64,000 nt of DNA from Geosiphon pyriformis uo1 (taxonomy: Eukaryota; Fungi; Glomeromycota), in NCBI GenBank assembly GCA_016748015.1, contig JAAOMT010000496.1, positions 53,022 through 117,021 on the forward strand, read 5' to 3'. Below, piece after piece: positions 1 to 14,220 of this stretch. The notes beneath the pieces were generated by a model, which was given only the letters and a program-made list of their open reading frames with translations, did no database searches and had not been told where the DNA came from. Within the stretch, counting starts at the first letter, position 1; each line of letters opens with the position of its first letter. The translations under genes and the position numbers were made by a program.

Positions 1-2293
1 ATAAACACAGATAAAACAGTTACTATACCTATTAATTAGGGTGCCCAGGATGCTGTTTTGTTTATTAGTAGATCTAGGATTGCAATAGCGAGAAAAAAAG
101 AGTCTCACAGGTACTTAGTTTCAGCTGTTTTACAGTCTATAGTTGGTTACAGACTGCAATTTAGCTTTGCCTCTAAGAGTGTATGTGAGAAGTGGAACAG
201 ATTATTGAAAAAAGAGCTTAAGCTCAAAGCTAATCTGTCTACAGACTTTCCTAGTGAGGTGTTGTATCACTCTGAGTTTTATGGACTAAAAACTTTCAAA
301 AAAAAGCTGACAGAAAATTTGTTGACTAACTTGGTTAATTTTGCCAATGCTGGTGGTATTCTTGGGAAATTTTTTGATCATAGGACAATGGATTTGTAGG
401 TGGTGAGTTAAACACTCCAGCATTCTCTACATTTTCTGATCACATTATCTATTAGTTCTCTGAATTGTTTTCTAGCTGAAGCTACTTATGCTCTCACTTT
501 GTGCAACTTTTCCTTGGGTGATACAATTCTTAATGTGTTTTGAGCCAGGTCTGGTGTACCCATTTTGGATGTGCTGGGCTTGGGTGTTTTCATAAGCATA
601 GTCAAGTTTCTTAAAAGGTACAGCTTTGTTTTTACTAATCAAATTCTGAATCAACATAGTAAATGCTTCACTTAAGAAACTTTTCATAAATGAAAAAAGC
701 TGGACCCTAGAAATCCAATTCCTGCCTGGTTTGTATCTCTGTCTGAATTTGTTGGGAATGGTGGTTTGGGTGATAACTTGGCTCTGGCATCTCGTCTCAC
801 TTGTGATGATGTGTCTTGTGATATCAGTTTTGTTTCTAAGTGCTTACTTGTCTCTGAGTGTAGTCTCATTGAAGTTTATACAGACAGTTCTGTTAGAGGT
901 ATAAGAATCATTGGTGCCTGTGGTGGTGCTGCTGTCTACTTTCCTGCAACTGACATGAGTGTTAGCATAAGAGTTTATGGCTTGTTGTTCTTGACGTTAG
1001 TGGAGCTACAAGCTATTGCTTTAGCTTTGGAATGTATGCTTGCTTTCAGTGCTGTTATTTTGTTCATGAACAGTCAAACATTACTGAATATGTGTAAGTT
1101 TGGTGTGAGTGTGTCTGGTCTTGATTTTTGCAGAAAGTGTTGATTAGAAAAGAAACATATTTATCATTCTATTTCAAAAAAGAATCTTTCGGTCATGTGG
1201 AAAAAGATTAAAAGACATTCAAGTATTGTTGGGAATGAACAAGCTGATTTTTTTGCTAATGCAGCAGTCACTTCTAAGTCTGTGCTTTCTTTCAATGTGC
1301 CATACTGCTTTTTTGGTATTGAAAACCAGTCTGTTTTAGGAAATATGCATCATTTTGTCAGAGGTTTGTTCAATGCTATTAATTTTGTCAATTGGAAATC
1401 CAAGTGTGCTTTCTATGTTGTGGACGAGAATTTTGCCTGTATAATTAATATGAGCAGATCTTTCAATATCTGGCATTCAAACAGTAGGATCTGATTGGGT
1501 TATACCAGTTCATCTTCAGCTTCTCTGTGATTGTATCTTGTGAAAACACTTCACTGCTGCTTACCAGTTGCTGTAAGGAAGAGGTTGTACAATCCCAAAT
1601 ATCCCAGCATATTATGTATCAGGTGTGGTTTAATTGAAGATTTGGATCACTCATTTTTGTGTGAACAGGACAAAAGTGCCAGAGAGAATTTGTTGTTGAC
1701 CACTTAAGTAAAATAGTATAAGATGGTTGGTTGTTCAGTCATGGAAGATTTGGTAGTCAAATCTATTTGTGAAGCTGGATCTGCTGGTGGCTTATACATG
1801 ATATTGGCCAAAAAGTTTGTTTTAAAAAGCTGGATGGCTAATGCTGTTCATCATTTCGGCTCTTAGTCTGGTAGGGATTTGGTCATTAGGTTGGTTTGCA
1901 GTATTTCCAAGTGTCACAGATCCAATGTTTGGTTACCTGCTGCTAAATTAAGATTCTTTTATGAAAAACATAATTTGTTGCCATGTAATGGCTCTGCTGT
2001 CCCTTTGGTTGTTGGTTTGTCATTCATTAGATCTGCTGGGGTCATCTGTGGTTTTGGTGTTAGACTAGGCATTCATGTGTGCTTTGGTTTGCATTTTCAT
2101 CTGTCCAATTTAGACTTTGGTTACTTAAGTCATGTCCTTGTAGTGGATTCTGTTAGTGTATAGTGCTGCTTTAACTGGGCCAAGTGTCTAGTTATGTGTA
2201 GAAAGAGCATGAGCCACACTTAATTTAGAATTCTGTTTGATTTTATGTATTTAAGTAGTAATTGGGCTGCACTCGCAAAACAGAAATAAAAAA
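1..2293 (+). mobile_element. LINE (non-LTR retrotransposon) 3' portion, degenerate: end of RT, RNase H, C-terminal Zn finger, 3' UTR, A-rich tail
   Basis: ORF fragments 58-399, 766-1143, 1195-1494 and 1879-2163. RNase H motifs EVYTDSS, ELQAIALAL, NSQ and KIKRHSSIVGNEQAD. Zn finger CIRCGLIEDLDHSFLC at 1615-1662. Stop TAG at 2161-2163 is followed by the shared tail ending TTGGGCTGCACTCGC and an A-rich run. The 5' part lies outside the window. Confidence 0.9.
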
Positions 2294-5200
2294 TTAAAAA
2301 ATTAAAAATTTTCTATATTTTTTAATTATTCAACAAATTAAAAAATTTTTTTAACCAATCAAATATTGAAAAAATAATAAATTATTAAACAATATATTAA
2401 AATATTTTAAATAATATTTTTTTAGATATTTATAATAATTAAATTTAAAAAACATTTAAAAATTAAAATAATAATCAATTTTTTAATATTAATACTATTA
2501 AAAAATGACTTAAATATAATTTGGTTTAAATTTATTAGACATATAATTTATTTAATTAAAGCAATTTATCTTATAATTCTTAATTTTTTAAGATATTTAT
2601 ACTTTAAAAAAAAATACTTTATTAACTAATATTTTTGGTCTATAAAAATTATTAGTTAAAAAAATTCAAAAATATTTAATTCCAATAGTTAATAAATTAT
2701 TGTAATAATAAGTAAAATAAATATTTATAACTTTTTAATATTCAATTGGAAAAAAATTTTAAGTGGTTTTAATTTTAATATTTTGTAATATACTAATAAT
2801 TCAAAAGATAAGTATTTGTTTAATTTAATTAATTTAAAAATAATTTATTAATTATTTTATGATTAAATTTGTGATTTTTTAGGACATTCATTATATTATA
2901 TCTGTTATAAATATAAAAAAACATTTAATTTATTTAGTAATAATAAAAATATAAGAAATAATTATTCTGGCTTTGAAAAATATTTATTAAAAATCTTAAT
3001 ATTCAATAATATTCTGTACAAAATTATTAATAAGCTCAAAAAATATATATTATTATTAGCAAAAATTTAAGCTATTAATTAACATGAAATTATTTTTATA
3101 ATTTTTATTAATATATATTTATTTAAATTATTATTTATTATTTTATCAAGTTATTCAATTTATTATTTAATTTATAATTTAATTTATACAAAATACAAAT
3201 ATAATTAAATTGTAATGATTAAATTATATAATACACTAAACTATATAATATTAAAAATTTATCAAAATATTTAAAAATTTAATAAGATACTTAATAGTTT
3301 ACTAAAATATTAGAAAAAAATAATAATATAAAATAGTATTATAATAAATTATATAAAAAAAAAGCTTTTTTTTAAAAAAAAATGTATTTTTATTTAAAAT
3401 AATCAAGCAATTAGTAAAAATTATTTTAAAAAATTTAAAAATTTTAATTATTATTTTTTTTATATTGTTAAATAGTCTATAGTTAAGATTTTTTGTAAAA
3501 AATTAACTTTTATAATAAAGTAATTACATATTATTTATGAAGTTTATAGATAAAATATTTTTGCAAAGTAACTATATAAAATAATTAATATAAAATTGTT
3601 CATTTTAATATAAATTTAATAACATATATAGTTTAAAATATAAAAAAATACTTTGGAAGAAAATTAGCTTATTAGAATTTATTGACTTTTATCAACAATA
3701 AATTAATAGCAAAATAGTATTAATAATATTAAAAAAGAAATAAAAAAATCTTTAATAACAATATTAATAAATTAAAAAATATTTAGAGTATATTAAACAC
3801 AATTTTTTAATTTTTATATATAAAAATCCTTAAAGTAAGACAAATTAATCATGTAATTAACTATTTTTAATAATAATATATAATATTAACTAATAAAATT
3901 AATTTTAATTTTTATATAATAAATTCTAATTAACAAAATTAATTCATTAATTTATATTAATAATATATAAAAATAAACAAAAAAACATTTAATTTTATTA
4001 TTACAAATTGATTAAAAAACTTATTAATTGTTTTTTTACATATTATTATTTTATTATTAAAAAATAATTATTAATTGTTTTTAATATTTTTTAAGAACAA
4101 ATCTTAATACTTTTTTTTAAATATGCAACAAATTTTTTTATTTTATCTGTGTTTTTTTATTTGCTAAATAATAATACTAATTTTTAATTCTATTAAATAA
4201 TTTATTTATTTTATATAAATTTTTTTCTATAATCTTTTTAATTTCTTAATGTTAAAATACTTCTATTAAGCTATAAAATTAATATATATCCAAATGGTTT
4301 TTTTAAAAATTTTTTTGAAAACTTTTTTATATTTTAAATGTAAAAATATTAATATTATTACAAAATTATTTGTAAAAAACATAATAACAAAAAAGCATAT
4401 ATTAACAAAAAAATTAGAATTACATTCTGTAAATAAAAGCTTTATTACTTTTTTTTTATAATCTTTTTAAAAAAGTATGCACTTTTTTGCAATAAGTTTT
4501 TGAACAAAAAAAAACTTGTGAATTCAATAAAAATTTTAAAGCTTAAATTAACAATAAAAATTGTTTAAATATAAAAATTAAGAACAATTTTTTTATAATG
4601 GTTTTTTTTTTAATATTAACTTTTAAAATTATATGATATATACATATAATAAAAAAAATAATAATAATTAATAAATAATATAATCAATAAAATAATTAAA
4701 GAATAAAAATATATTATATTATTATTGATTACTATAGAATTATCTCTTTTTTTTCTTTTAGTAATATATATAATTAAGTATTTTATAATAATATTATTTT
4801 ATATTATAATAATATACTATTTATAATATACAATTATAAATATATGAAATAATATGATTAAATTTATATAATAAATATAATCAAAATTATTATAAAAATA
4901 TACTAATTTAAATATCTTAATTTATTATATTGTCTTATTTATATAAAATAATTACAAATTTGTATTTAATTTAATATGTTTTTTATTTTTATTCTAATGT
5001 ATTTTTTATTTTCTGATTTAGTGCATTTTTATTTGTATTTTTTATTTTCTGATCTATTATGTCTTTAATATTATATTTTTGATTTTATTTATTGCTTAAC
5101 TCTTTTAATATATAAGCTTTTCTAATTATATTATAATATAACAAGTTTTATATTTATAAAACTCTCACAAATTAACACAAGAAATTTAACAATATATTTA

Positions 5201-7299
5201 AATATAGTTATATAGTAAACACAAAAAATTTAGTATACTAAAAATTTAATTTATGTATTATAAATTAGATTGTATTTATATTCTAATTGGCTAATAAATT
5301 ATATTTTATTTAAAGTTGTAAAATTTTGGCATTTTTATATTCTAATTGCTTAATAAAAATTCAAAATTACATATTATATAAAATTATATAAGACATAGAA
5401 TTTTAAATTTCTTTTTTTTTATAATAATATAATATATATTTGTTTTTTTAAAGTATAAATAAAAAATAATAAAAGCAATTAAAAAAATATAATATTTAAA
5501 AACTCTAAATTTAAAAAATTGATTATAAAAAACAATAAAATAAATCTTATTATATATATAAAAAGTTTTTATATTAAGTTTACTATAATAAAACTTAAAA
5601 AAATTTGTTAAAGTTATTTAAAGAAAAAGTAAATATTGTCAAGTTTAAAATATTTGTTGTTTAAGTAATTTCTCAAAATATATTTTGTATTTATTTAAAT
5701 TAAACAATTAGTTATAATATTGTAAATTGTATTTATATAGCTAATTTAACTTATATTATACATTACTTATATTATTTTATTAAAATTTAGATTGTAATAA
5801 ATGTTTTTAATTTATGTTTAAAAAATATGTACTGTATAAAAAATAACATTACACTTTAGTTCTTTTTTATAAAAGCCAAAAAATAGCTGTAATACTGTTT
5901 GCTTTAATATTACTTTAATTAAAAAGCATATATTATAAAATTTATAAAAAGCAAATATTTGAATGACTTTTAATCTTACTGTGACTGCTTTACTGTTTTT
6001 TTATTAACAAAAAAATTTTTATTAACAATTTAATATTTATAGCTATTATAAATATATATAATAAACAAGTATTAAATATGTTTATTGATATTATAAATAG
6101 AATTAATTATCTATAATATATTAAATTTACAGATTGTTTTAAAGTTACAAAACAATAATTTTTTTAATTAAAAACTTATTAATATAAAAATATTAATTTT
6201 TAGATTAATTTTATTAATAAGATAAAAATTTATTAGATTTATTAGTTTATGTTTAATATTAAAGACATTTTAAGTTTTTAGTATTTTTTTAGATAATATT
6301 AACAATTATTTATAATGTATAATCTTTGAATGCTTTTTTGGCAACATTATTTTTACCAAATTTTGACTATTTTTGTATATTATATTTATTTAAAAAGTAA
6401 TTATAATCAAAAGTGTTTTTTATTTTCTTAATATGAATTTTTATTATTATAGTGAACTAAATTATTTTTATTTTAATCTTATAATTAATAAAAAACTGTT
6501 TTTAAATTATACAAAAATTTTTAAAAAAAATATTATTTTTATACTCACTTGATTTTTGAGATTTAGAAAATTAATAAATATTTGTTTTTATTTATCACTA
6601 TTTATTTGTTTATTTTTATTAAATTTAATTTAAAAATTGTTAATAAGTATTTAATCATTTTTAAATTTTTGATAGAAAATTTAAATAGTTTAGTAATATT
6701 AAAATAGTACTTATAAAAATTTAATATAATAATAAAAGCATTTTAAATAAAAATAACAAAAAAAAAGATATAATATAATAATAAATTTAGTTTTAATAAC
6801 AAAAAAACAAAAATAATAATAACAAAAAAATACATAATAATAAAACATAGTTTTAGTAATATAAAAACAAAAAAAAACATATACAATAATAAATTTAAAG
6901 TAAGTTTTAGGAAATATATAATAAAAAGAGTTTTTTGGTAAGTTTTATTAACAGAAAAAGAAATAAAAAATTCAAAAAACTTATATTCATATATTTTATA
7001 ATAATTTTAACTTTAAATACTTTTTAAAAAACTTTTATATATATCAATATATAGTTATATTGTTTATTATTTCGTAATTAACCAATCAAATCATATTTAC
7101 AAATTATGTATATTGATAATTTGAACTTAATTTTAGCTTTATTTTTAACCAATTTGTTTTACTTTAAAAAATTTTTATATATAGATATTTAATAATTTGC
7201 TATTATTAATTTTATATATAATATTTTTTTAAGTATTAAACAACAAATATTAACTGAATAAATAAGTTTCTTAATTTAATTAAAAATATTTATGACAAA

Positions 7300-8260
7300 C
7301 AATTTATTATTTTTAATATGTATTTATATATATATTACTTTAAAGAATTCTTAATTATAATTTATTTTATGTATATTAATGTTTTACTTATAAACAAATA
7401 AATTAATAAGTATTTGTTTTATTTGTTTTTAATATAATAATTTAATAATAATAAAATTTTAAAATTATAGAAAATTATTAACTATATTAATATCAAATTT
7501 TTCTATTAAAATTAAAGTTATAAATTAATTTAATTAATAAATCTAAGTACAATAATTAGTGCAAAAAGCAATATCAACTTTTTTGAAATTAATTGTAAAA
7601 TTTTTAATGTTACTAAAATTATTTAATTTACTAATTAAAATATTCTTAAAAAAATTTTATTTATAGTTAAACAAACATTAAAATTCTGAAATTTGGTTTT
7701 GTAAAATTTAACAACTTAAATTATTAAAATTAAACAAATACTTAAAGAACTCAAAAAGCCATTTTAAAAATTAATCTTAGATAAATATATTCTTTAAATA
7801 CTTATATAATATTATTAAAATACTTATTTAACTTTGAAATTTAAAAATATAATATTTTAATTAATTATAATTTAAGTTATTTCTTAAATTATTTAAGCTT
7901 CAATACTTATAATTAGTAATATAATATTTGAATTCTTAATGAATTAATCTGATTTTAATGTTTATATTATAGCATAATTTTTGGATAATTAACAAAAAAT
8001 ACATTATTAACGAAATATTATTTGGTATTATTTTAAATATTTTTTAGAAATATCAGATAATAATAATAATCTTACCAAATAAAATATTTACTTTGTTATA
8101 TTAATTAATATAAACCAAATAAATTTCAAAATTATTTTTATATTTATAAAAATTATTATAATATTTTAATTTTAACATATTTAAAAATAATGAATATTAA
8201 ATTATAAAATAAAAGTTTTTATTCAAATAATTATTATTTAATAATTTTAGATTAAAAAAT
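7300..8260 (-). mobile_element. Extremely AT-saturated relic, possibly of a LINE RT region
   Basis: The minus strand near 7545-7580 reads GCTTTTTGCACTAATTATTGTACTTAGATT, resembling a decayed AF(A/V)DDxTWI RT motif. The rest is barely alignable by eye. Confidence 0.3.
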
Positions 8261-8368
8261 TATGAATCAGTTTATTAAAGCAAAATATATATAACAAGAA
8301 ACAGAAAAAATAATTGTTGTAATTTTATTAAATTAAAAATTAAAAATTTAATTATATATATATTTTAA

Positions 8369-10605
8369 TTTTTTTTTATTAAAATTTAACAAGCAAAGCC
8401 CAACTATTATTTAAAAATTAGGAACAAATTAAGAGTTCTAGTGCTAAATGTAGTTTATGTGTTTTTTATATATAACCAGCTACTTAAGCCAATTTAGACT
8501 ATACTATATTAATACTTTAAAAGAAAACTTATCCAAAGAAGACATCCTCTAAATAATTTTAAATAATGTAGTACTATTATTAATTAATTTAACCAACTAC
8601 TTAACTATTTTAAAGACATCAGTCTTAACAACAACAGATTTATGTTTTCAGAATGACAACAAATTAGAAAACATATTATTATTAACAGAAAACAAACCTA
8701 CATAAAAGCCAGACATATTAATGCCTTTATAATTATACTTAGTTTTCAAAGCAATTACCTTGTATTTCGGTTTACCAACAGCTTTGTTGAAGAAATCCAT
8801 GTGTACCAAAACTTTATTGACCTTAAAGCCAAGAGCATTATTTGAAACCAAGTTTTTATTAATAAATTGTTCAAACAATTTTACCATGAAACCAATAGGC
8901 TTAGCAATAGAATTAACCAAAGTAAAAAGCTTAGCCAACTCCAATTCTAAAGAGATCAATCAAAAAAAGACCATAAAATTATCAAATATTATATCAGCAG
9001 AAAAAACTGATTCAACTAAAGAACCAGAGACCAAAAAAGACACAAAAACAGCAGCTTTGGCATATAATATACTACCAACAACATAAGAGGTAAACACCTT
9101 AGGAATTCTAAGAGGGAAAAATGAAGGCATCTTACAATTCAAAACCAGATAATCTGAATTTTGGCACCAAAAACAGTGCCAATTTTTAGAAGTTTTTCAC
9201 CAGATGCAGCACTTTCTCACTGTACTAGTTTTAATAACAACAGAATCCAAATTAGCTTGAAAACCAAATGTAACCAAGACAAATCAGAAATGTTAACCAA
9301 AATTAAAAAACTGAAAAATAAAATATGTTTGACTACTAACTTGAAAGATTATATTATTAATCTCAAAAGCAGTACAGCCAGAAGGGAGGTTAACCAACTT
9401 AATCTTGAACACTATCTTTGTCCACCAAAATCAACCAATGAATGAAAACAGATGTAGCAGTATTTAATTCTTTAAAATAAACAACCACATATTGCCAAAC
9501 ACTAGCAAACTTCAATACAACATGAGAAACTTTACCAAAAACACCAAAAGCTGACTTAATATTAGTAACAGATATATTTAAAAGCATATTATGCAGTATA
9601 ACAGCAGCAGGAAAAGAACCAGACTTAGAAACCACTAAAAACTTGGCAATTTTAAAAGTGGCAAGACAAACAAAGCTTGTAAGCTCAACCAAAAATGCAA
9701 CATTCAGAGAATCTTGAGAAGCAAACTTCATACAAAAAAGCTTTACATTGTCCTTAAAAACAGATTTTGCATTCAGAAAACCATGTATAAACTGAAAAAC
9801 AGTCTTAATATAAGTTAATTTAATTTTAAAAGTAGCACCAAATACCAGAGTAAAAGCCATCTACTCAGCAAATTTTTGACAACTAATAATGATTTTCTAA
9901 GTATCACTTACAACAGTACCAAAAACCAGAGAAAAAGATAATTCAGTTTCTATTTAGTTAGCCTAGTCTCCAAGAACAGATAACCCAATAGAAAATATTT
10001 GCTTTGCTTTCTAAATCAGTAAGAATTTGCTAGAAAGTACCATATTTGGCAATACAGCCAGTGGTTAATTTTGGCCCATTTTAGATAACATGCTGGATAA
10101 AACAGTAAAGATCTTATCTAAAATCTTATTTGGAATCATAAAGGAGTTTGGTGTAATAATAGTAGAGACAAACAACTGCTCTCATTTTTTTAAACTTTTG
10201 GTCTTTTTGACCATTTTTTTTGAAAAAGAGATCCTAGTAACACTTGGTGTTAAAGCTACAAAAGGGAAAATCAACTTATTGACTAATTTGTTATTAAAAA
10301 TTTTTAGGCTCTTTAAAAAAGTAGAGACAATACTGGAATTAACCTAAATGTGTTTCTTTGAAAGAACTTTGACTGATAAAAAACCAGCCAAAGATAAAAA
10401 AATTGTTTTAGTAGCTACTAAAAACAGTTTTTTATGATTATTAAATAAAAAAAAACCTTTAAAACATTTTACCTAATTGCTTTTACAATAAAAAAAGCTT
10501 TTTTGGTTAAAATCTTATTAAATATTTTAGGAAAGATATCAGATACAGCTTTTTTACTCTTTGCTCTGGTTATGGTCATAAAATTAAGAAGACAAAAAGT
10601 ATTTT
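8369..10605 (-). mobile_element. ORF1-only non-LTR element (HAL1-like), copy A, decayed
   Basis: Colinear with 18985-21280. ATG at 10579 (MTITRAKSKK). Fragments 9399-9860, 8960-9142 and 8648-8959. Stop TAG at 8504-8506 is followed directly by the shared ~125-nt 3' tail and poly(A) (T-run 8369-8377). No ORF2. Confidence 0.85.
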
Positions 10606-10779
10606 TAATTTAATAAATTATTATATTAATTATTTATATATAATATAATATATATACTTAATTTATTCTTTTTTTTTTGTTTACTTTATTTTTGTTTTTT
10701 ATTATTATATATTTTAAATATAAGTAAAAAAAAAACAAACAAACAAAATATCTTTATAACTACAAAAAAAATATTAAAA

Positions 10780-12320
10780 AAACTATAAGTACAGTATATT
10801 TAATAATAGTTAATATTTTTATATATTTTAATAGTATTATAGATATTATTTTTAATTTTTTTAATAATAATTTTATTTTTGGTGTGTAAATATTTTTTAA
10901 AATAAAATAAAACATAATTATAGACAGTAATAATTAATGTTTTTTTGTAAACTTAATTATTAATAAAAATTATATACTAATATAATTTGTTACATATTTT
11001 TTTTTATTAAAAATATTTTTTTATTTAATAATATCTTTTTATAAACTAAATATAACTTATTGTTTTACTTTTTTGTTACATAAATTGACCAAATTATTTA
11101 AAATATATAATTAACAATAGTATTTAATAATAGTTTAATATTTTTTTTGTTATTATTATAATATGTTTTTAAAAATAAATATTTTTTTGGTTAAATATAT
11201 ATATAAAAATATCTACTTGCAGTTTTTTTTCTTTGGTTTTTTTTTTAAAATTGAATTATAACAAATTAATTTTAATATTATTAACTTATAAAACTTAATA
11301 AGTTTTAATTATTGGATTTTTTTTATTTAAGTTAAATATAAAATACTTTACTAATAGTTTTAAATTAATTATAAGTTGTTAATACATATACATAATATTT
11401 ATTATAGCTTAATTACAGTTTTTATGTGTTTTAATTAAATATAACATCAATTTTAAACACCTAATTATTATTAATAAGTATTTAATATTAAATAGTTTTT
11501 ATAATTAAAACTTTGATAAATGTAATAATATTATTAATTTTAAAAAAAAATTGTTAATTTTGCCAATTAAAATTTTTGTGGCTTTATTATTAGTAATAAT
11601 ATATATATTAATAACTTAATTAGTTTATAAACTATTTAATAATATTAATGTTTATTAAATTATTATTAAAAATAAACTTAATAAAATAACTATTAATTTT
11701 GATACTTATATACATAATATTAATAAGCTTATTAAAATTAAAAGTAGTTTTACTAAAAAAAAGTTTTTTCAATTTTATTTTTTAAGTCAAAAAAAAAAAT
11801 AACAGTAAAAGTATTGTTTTTAATAATTATTATATGTAAAATAATATAATAATTAGAATAATAAAATCTTTAATTAATATTAATTAGTTGAATTTTTGTA
11901 ATAATAAAAAGACTTAAATAATTTTGAAAATTTAAAAATAATAACTGTATATTTACCAAATTTTTTGTATGGTTTTTTGGATATTGTTTAATATTATCTA
12001 AAATTAGCTATTAAATAATTATTATTAATTATTAATTTTATTAAATAATTAGTTTTAGATTTTAGATTTGAATTAAAAATTATAGATATAGCTATTATAA
12101 TTATAGTGCTTGTTTTTATAACTATAATTAATAAATAAATTAAGATTATAATTAAAAATAAAATACATAAATAAGTTATTATTAAAATAGTTATAAAACT
12201 AGTACATACTATTGTTTTTGTAAAAATTTAAATTTATAGCTTAAGATTTAGAAATTTTAATCAAAGTTTTAATATTGATTTTTAATTGTTAATTACTTAG
12301 TTATAAATAATAATTAATTT
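10780..12320 (-). mobile_element. Ty3/Gypsy-like gag-protease relic
   Basis: The minus strand at ~11400-11700 translates to IKFIFNNN...ITNNKATKILIGKINNF..IKVLIIKTI*Y*ILINNN, i.e. a retropepsin IKLILDSG...ALxGxDW pattern after G>A decay. Homologous to 34500-35350. Confidence 0.6.
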
Positions 12321-12469
12321 AATAATAATAGTCATAAATAAAAAACTTTTTTCTTTTCTACTTCCCAATTTTTTAAAAAATGTTTTTTTGAAAAAGAAGT
12401 TTTTTGTTTTTTATCTTTTCTGTTATATTACTTTCAATATTTTTCAAGTTAGTAATTTTTTTGTGGTGA

Positions 12470-14220
12470 ATTTAAAGACTGCTTTTGATAGTAATATGTT
12501 TAAAAAAAAGGCATTTAAGAGAGCCTTTCATGGTCTTGTTTGTGGTATTTTCTCCCAGAAAAAAAAGATTTCAATAGGCAATATCAAATATTCAGGTGAC
12601 AAAAAAAAAATTTCTTTGACCAAACCTGATTTTAATGATGGAATGTTTTCAGATATAAATAGTGAGTTCAATAAAAAAGATACTATTAGTGTTGTAATAA
12701 GTTCTAATGGTGGTTTTTTTTAGTTTAGTGATGACAACTTCCAAAGCAAAGAAGATTAATACTGGTCTAATTAGTGGCTGTAAAAAAATTTTTTATATTA
12801 GACATTAATCTTTTGACTGTAGAAAAAAAATTGGTAATGACAAAAACTCAACTTGTTAAGAAAATTTTTTCAATTGTCAATGGTTTTGGGAAGGCCATTA
12901 CTCTTTCAAAATTTAAAAGAATTATTTGATCAATATTTACTTTAGAAGAAAGCATGAAAAAAGGTGAATTATTGGCTAAAAATAAGAGTATTGAAGTAAA
13001 CAATAATTTTAAAAGACAAAAAATCAGGTCAGATTAGGCTGTGATGATCAAAAAAATTTCTATAGATATGCCAAAAAAAATAATTGTTATTGCAGTTTCT
13101 CAATTTAGAAATATTAAATCAATCAAAATTCAACTTATTAAAATATGGCAAAAAGCTTTGGTAAAATTTACTGAATTGGGTTAAGCTGAACAATTGACAT
13201 CAAAATGGTTATTCTTAATTGAGAAAAACTCTGTGCATATGATCATAGACATAGATAATTGCAATACTTGAATATCTAAGGATTGTTTTAGAATATTTTT
13301 GTTTACATTATCTGTAAAAACAACAGCTTATAATCTGAGCATTCTATTAGATAGAGCTGATAAGAAAACATGCATCATTAATTATTTACTTAATACTGAC
13401 AACTGGGTTTGCTGTACTGTAATTGGTTTTAATTCTAATAATAAACTGGAATCCACTTTTTACATAGAGCCAATTTTGGATGGTATAAAACTTTTATAGG
13501 GTAAGATAAATTTGGTTTAGTGCATAAAATATGGATGCTTTGGGCATTTAGCTTTTGAGTGTAATACATCAGATGTATTGATTTTGTTTCTCTTTAGACC
13601 TTATAAAAAGATTGTTTCAATAAAAATCTGCCTTTAACTTACCAAATTATATGGAAAAAAAAGTGTTCTAATTTTTTGTTTTACTGTCTTTAGTGGCAAA
13701 TCTTGGGTGCAAGTAGTCTCACTTGTTTTTTTTCTGGTAGTTTTTGTTTTAGTTCTGGTTCTGGCTTTGGTTTTCTTTTTTCTAGTGTCTCTAATAATAA
13801 TAAAAACACATTGGTCATTCAAAATAGTTTCTTAATTGATGATTGTCTGGCTTTCTTGGAACATTTTTTGAAGCTTTTAGTTGATCAAGTATTAAGTATT
13901 GTGAAAAAATTAAACATAATTGATCTAATGTCTCTGGTATTCATTTTTTGACTTTTTTTTTTGCTGTAATTGTATTTTTGAGTTTAAATTCAGATTCAAA
14001 TATGATTCTGAATGTTCTCCAAGTGTTTTTTATATTTTTTTTCTCAGTTTTAATTAATATGACTTTGGCTTTGAATTCAAATAGTTCAAAAATCTTAACC
14101 ACCAAAATGAGCAGTTTAAAGTCAAAATTGTTGGCTCTTGAGGCATTTGTGAGTTCAGTTTTGATAAAGTTGGATCTGTTATATATCAGTTCAAGTTTAT
14201 TAGTATTGACTTCTTCTTAA
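12470..14220 (+). pseudogene. LINE ORF1 (gag-like RNA-binding protein), disrupted
   Basis: Fragments 12388-12723, 13299-13499, 13703-13951 and 13948-14220. WQKALVKF...WLFLIEKNSV motif is shared with the ORF1-only elements. Decayed CCHC knuckle and heptad-like C-terminus. Confidence 0.85.
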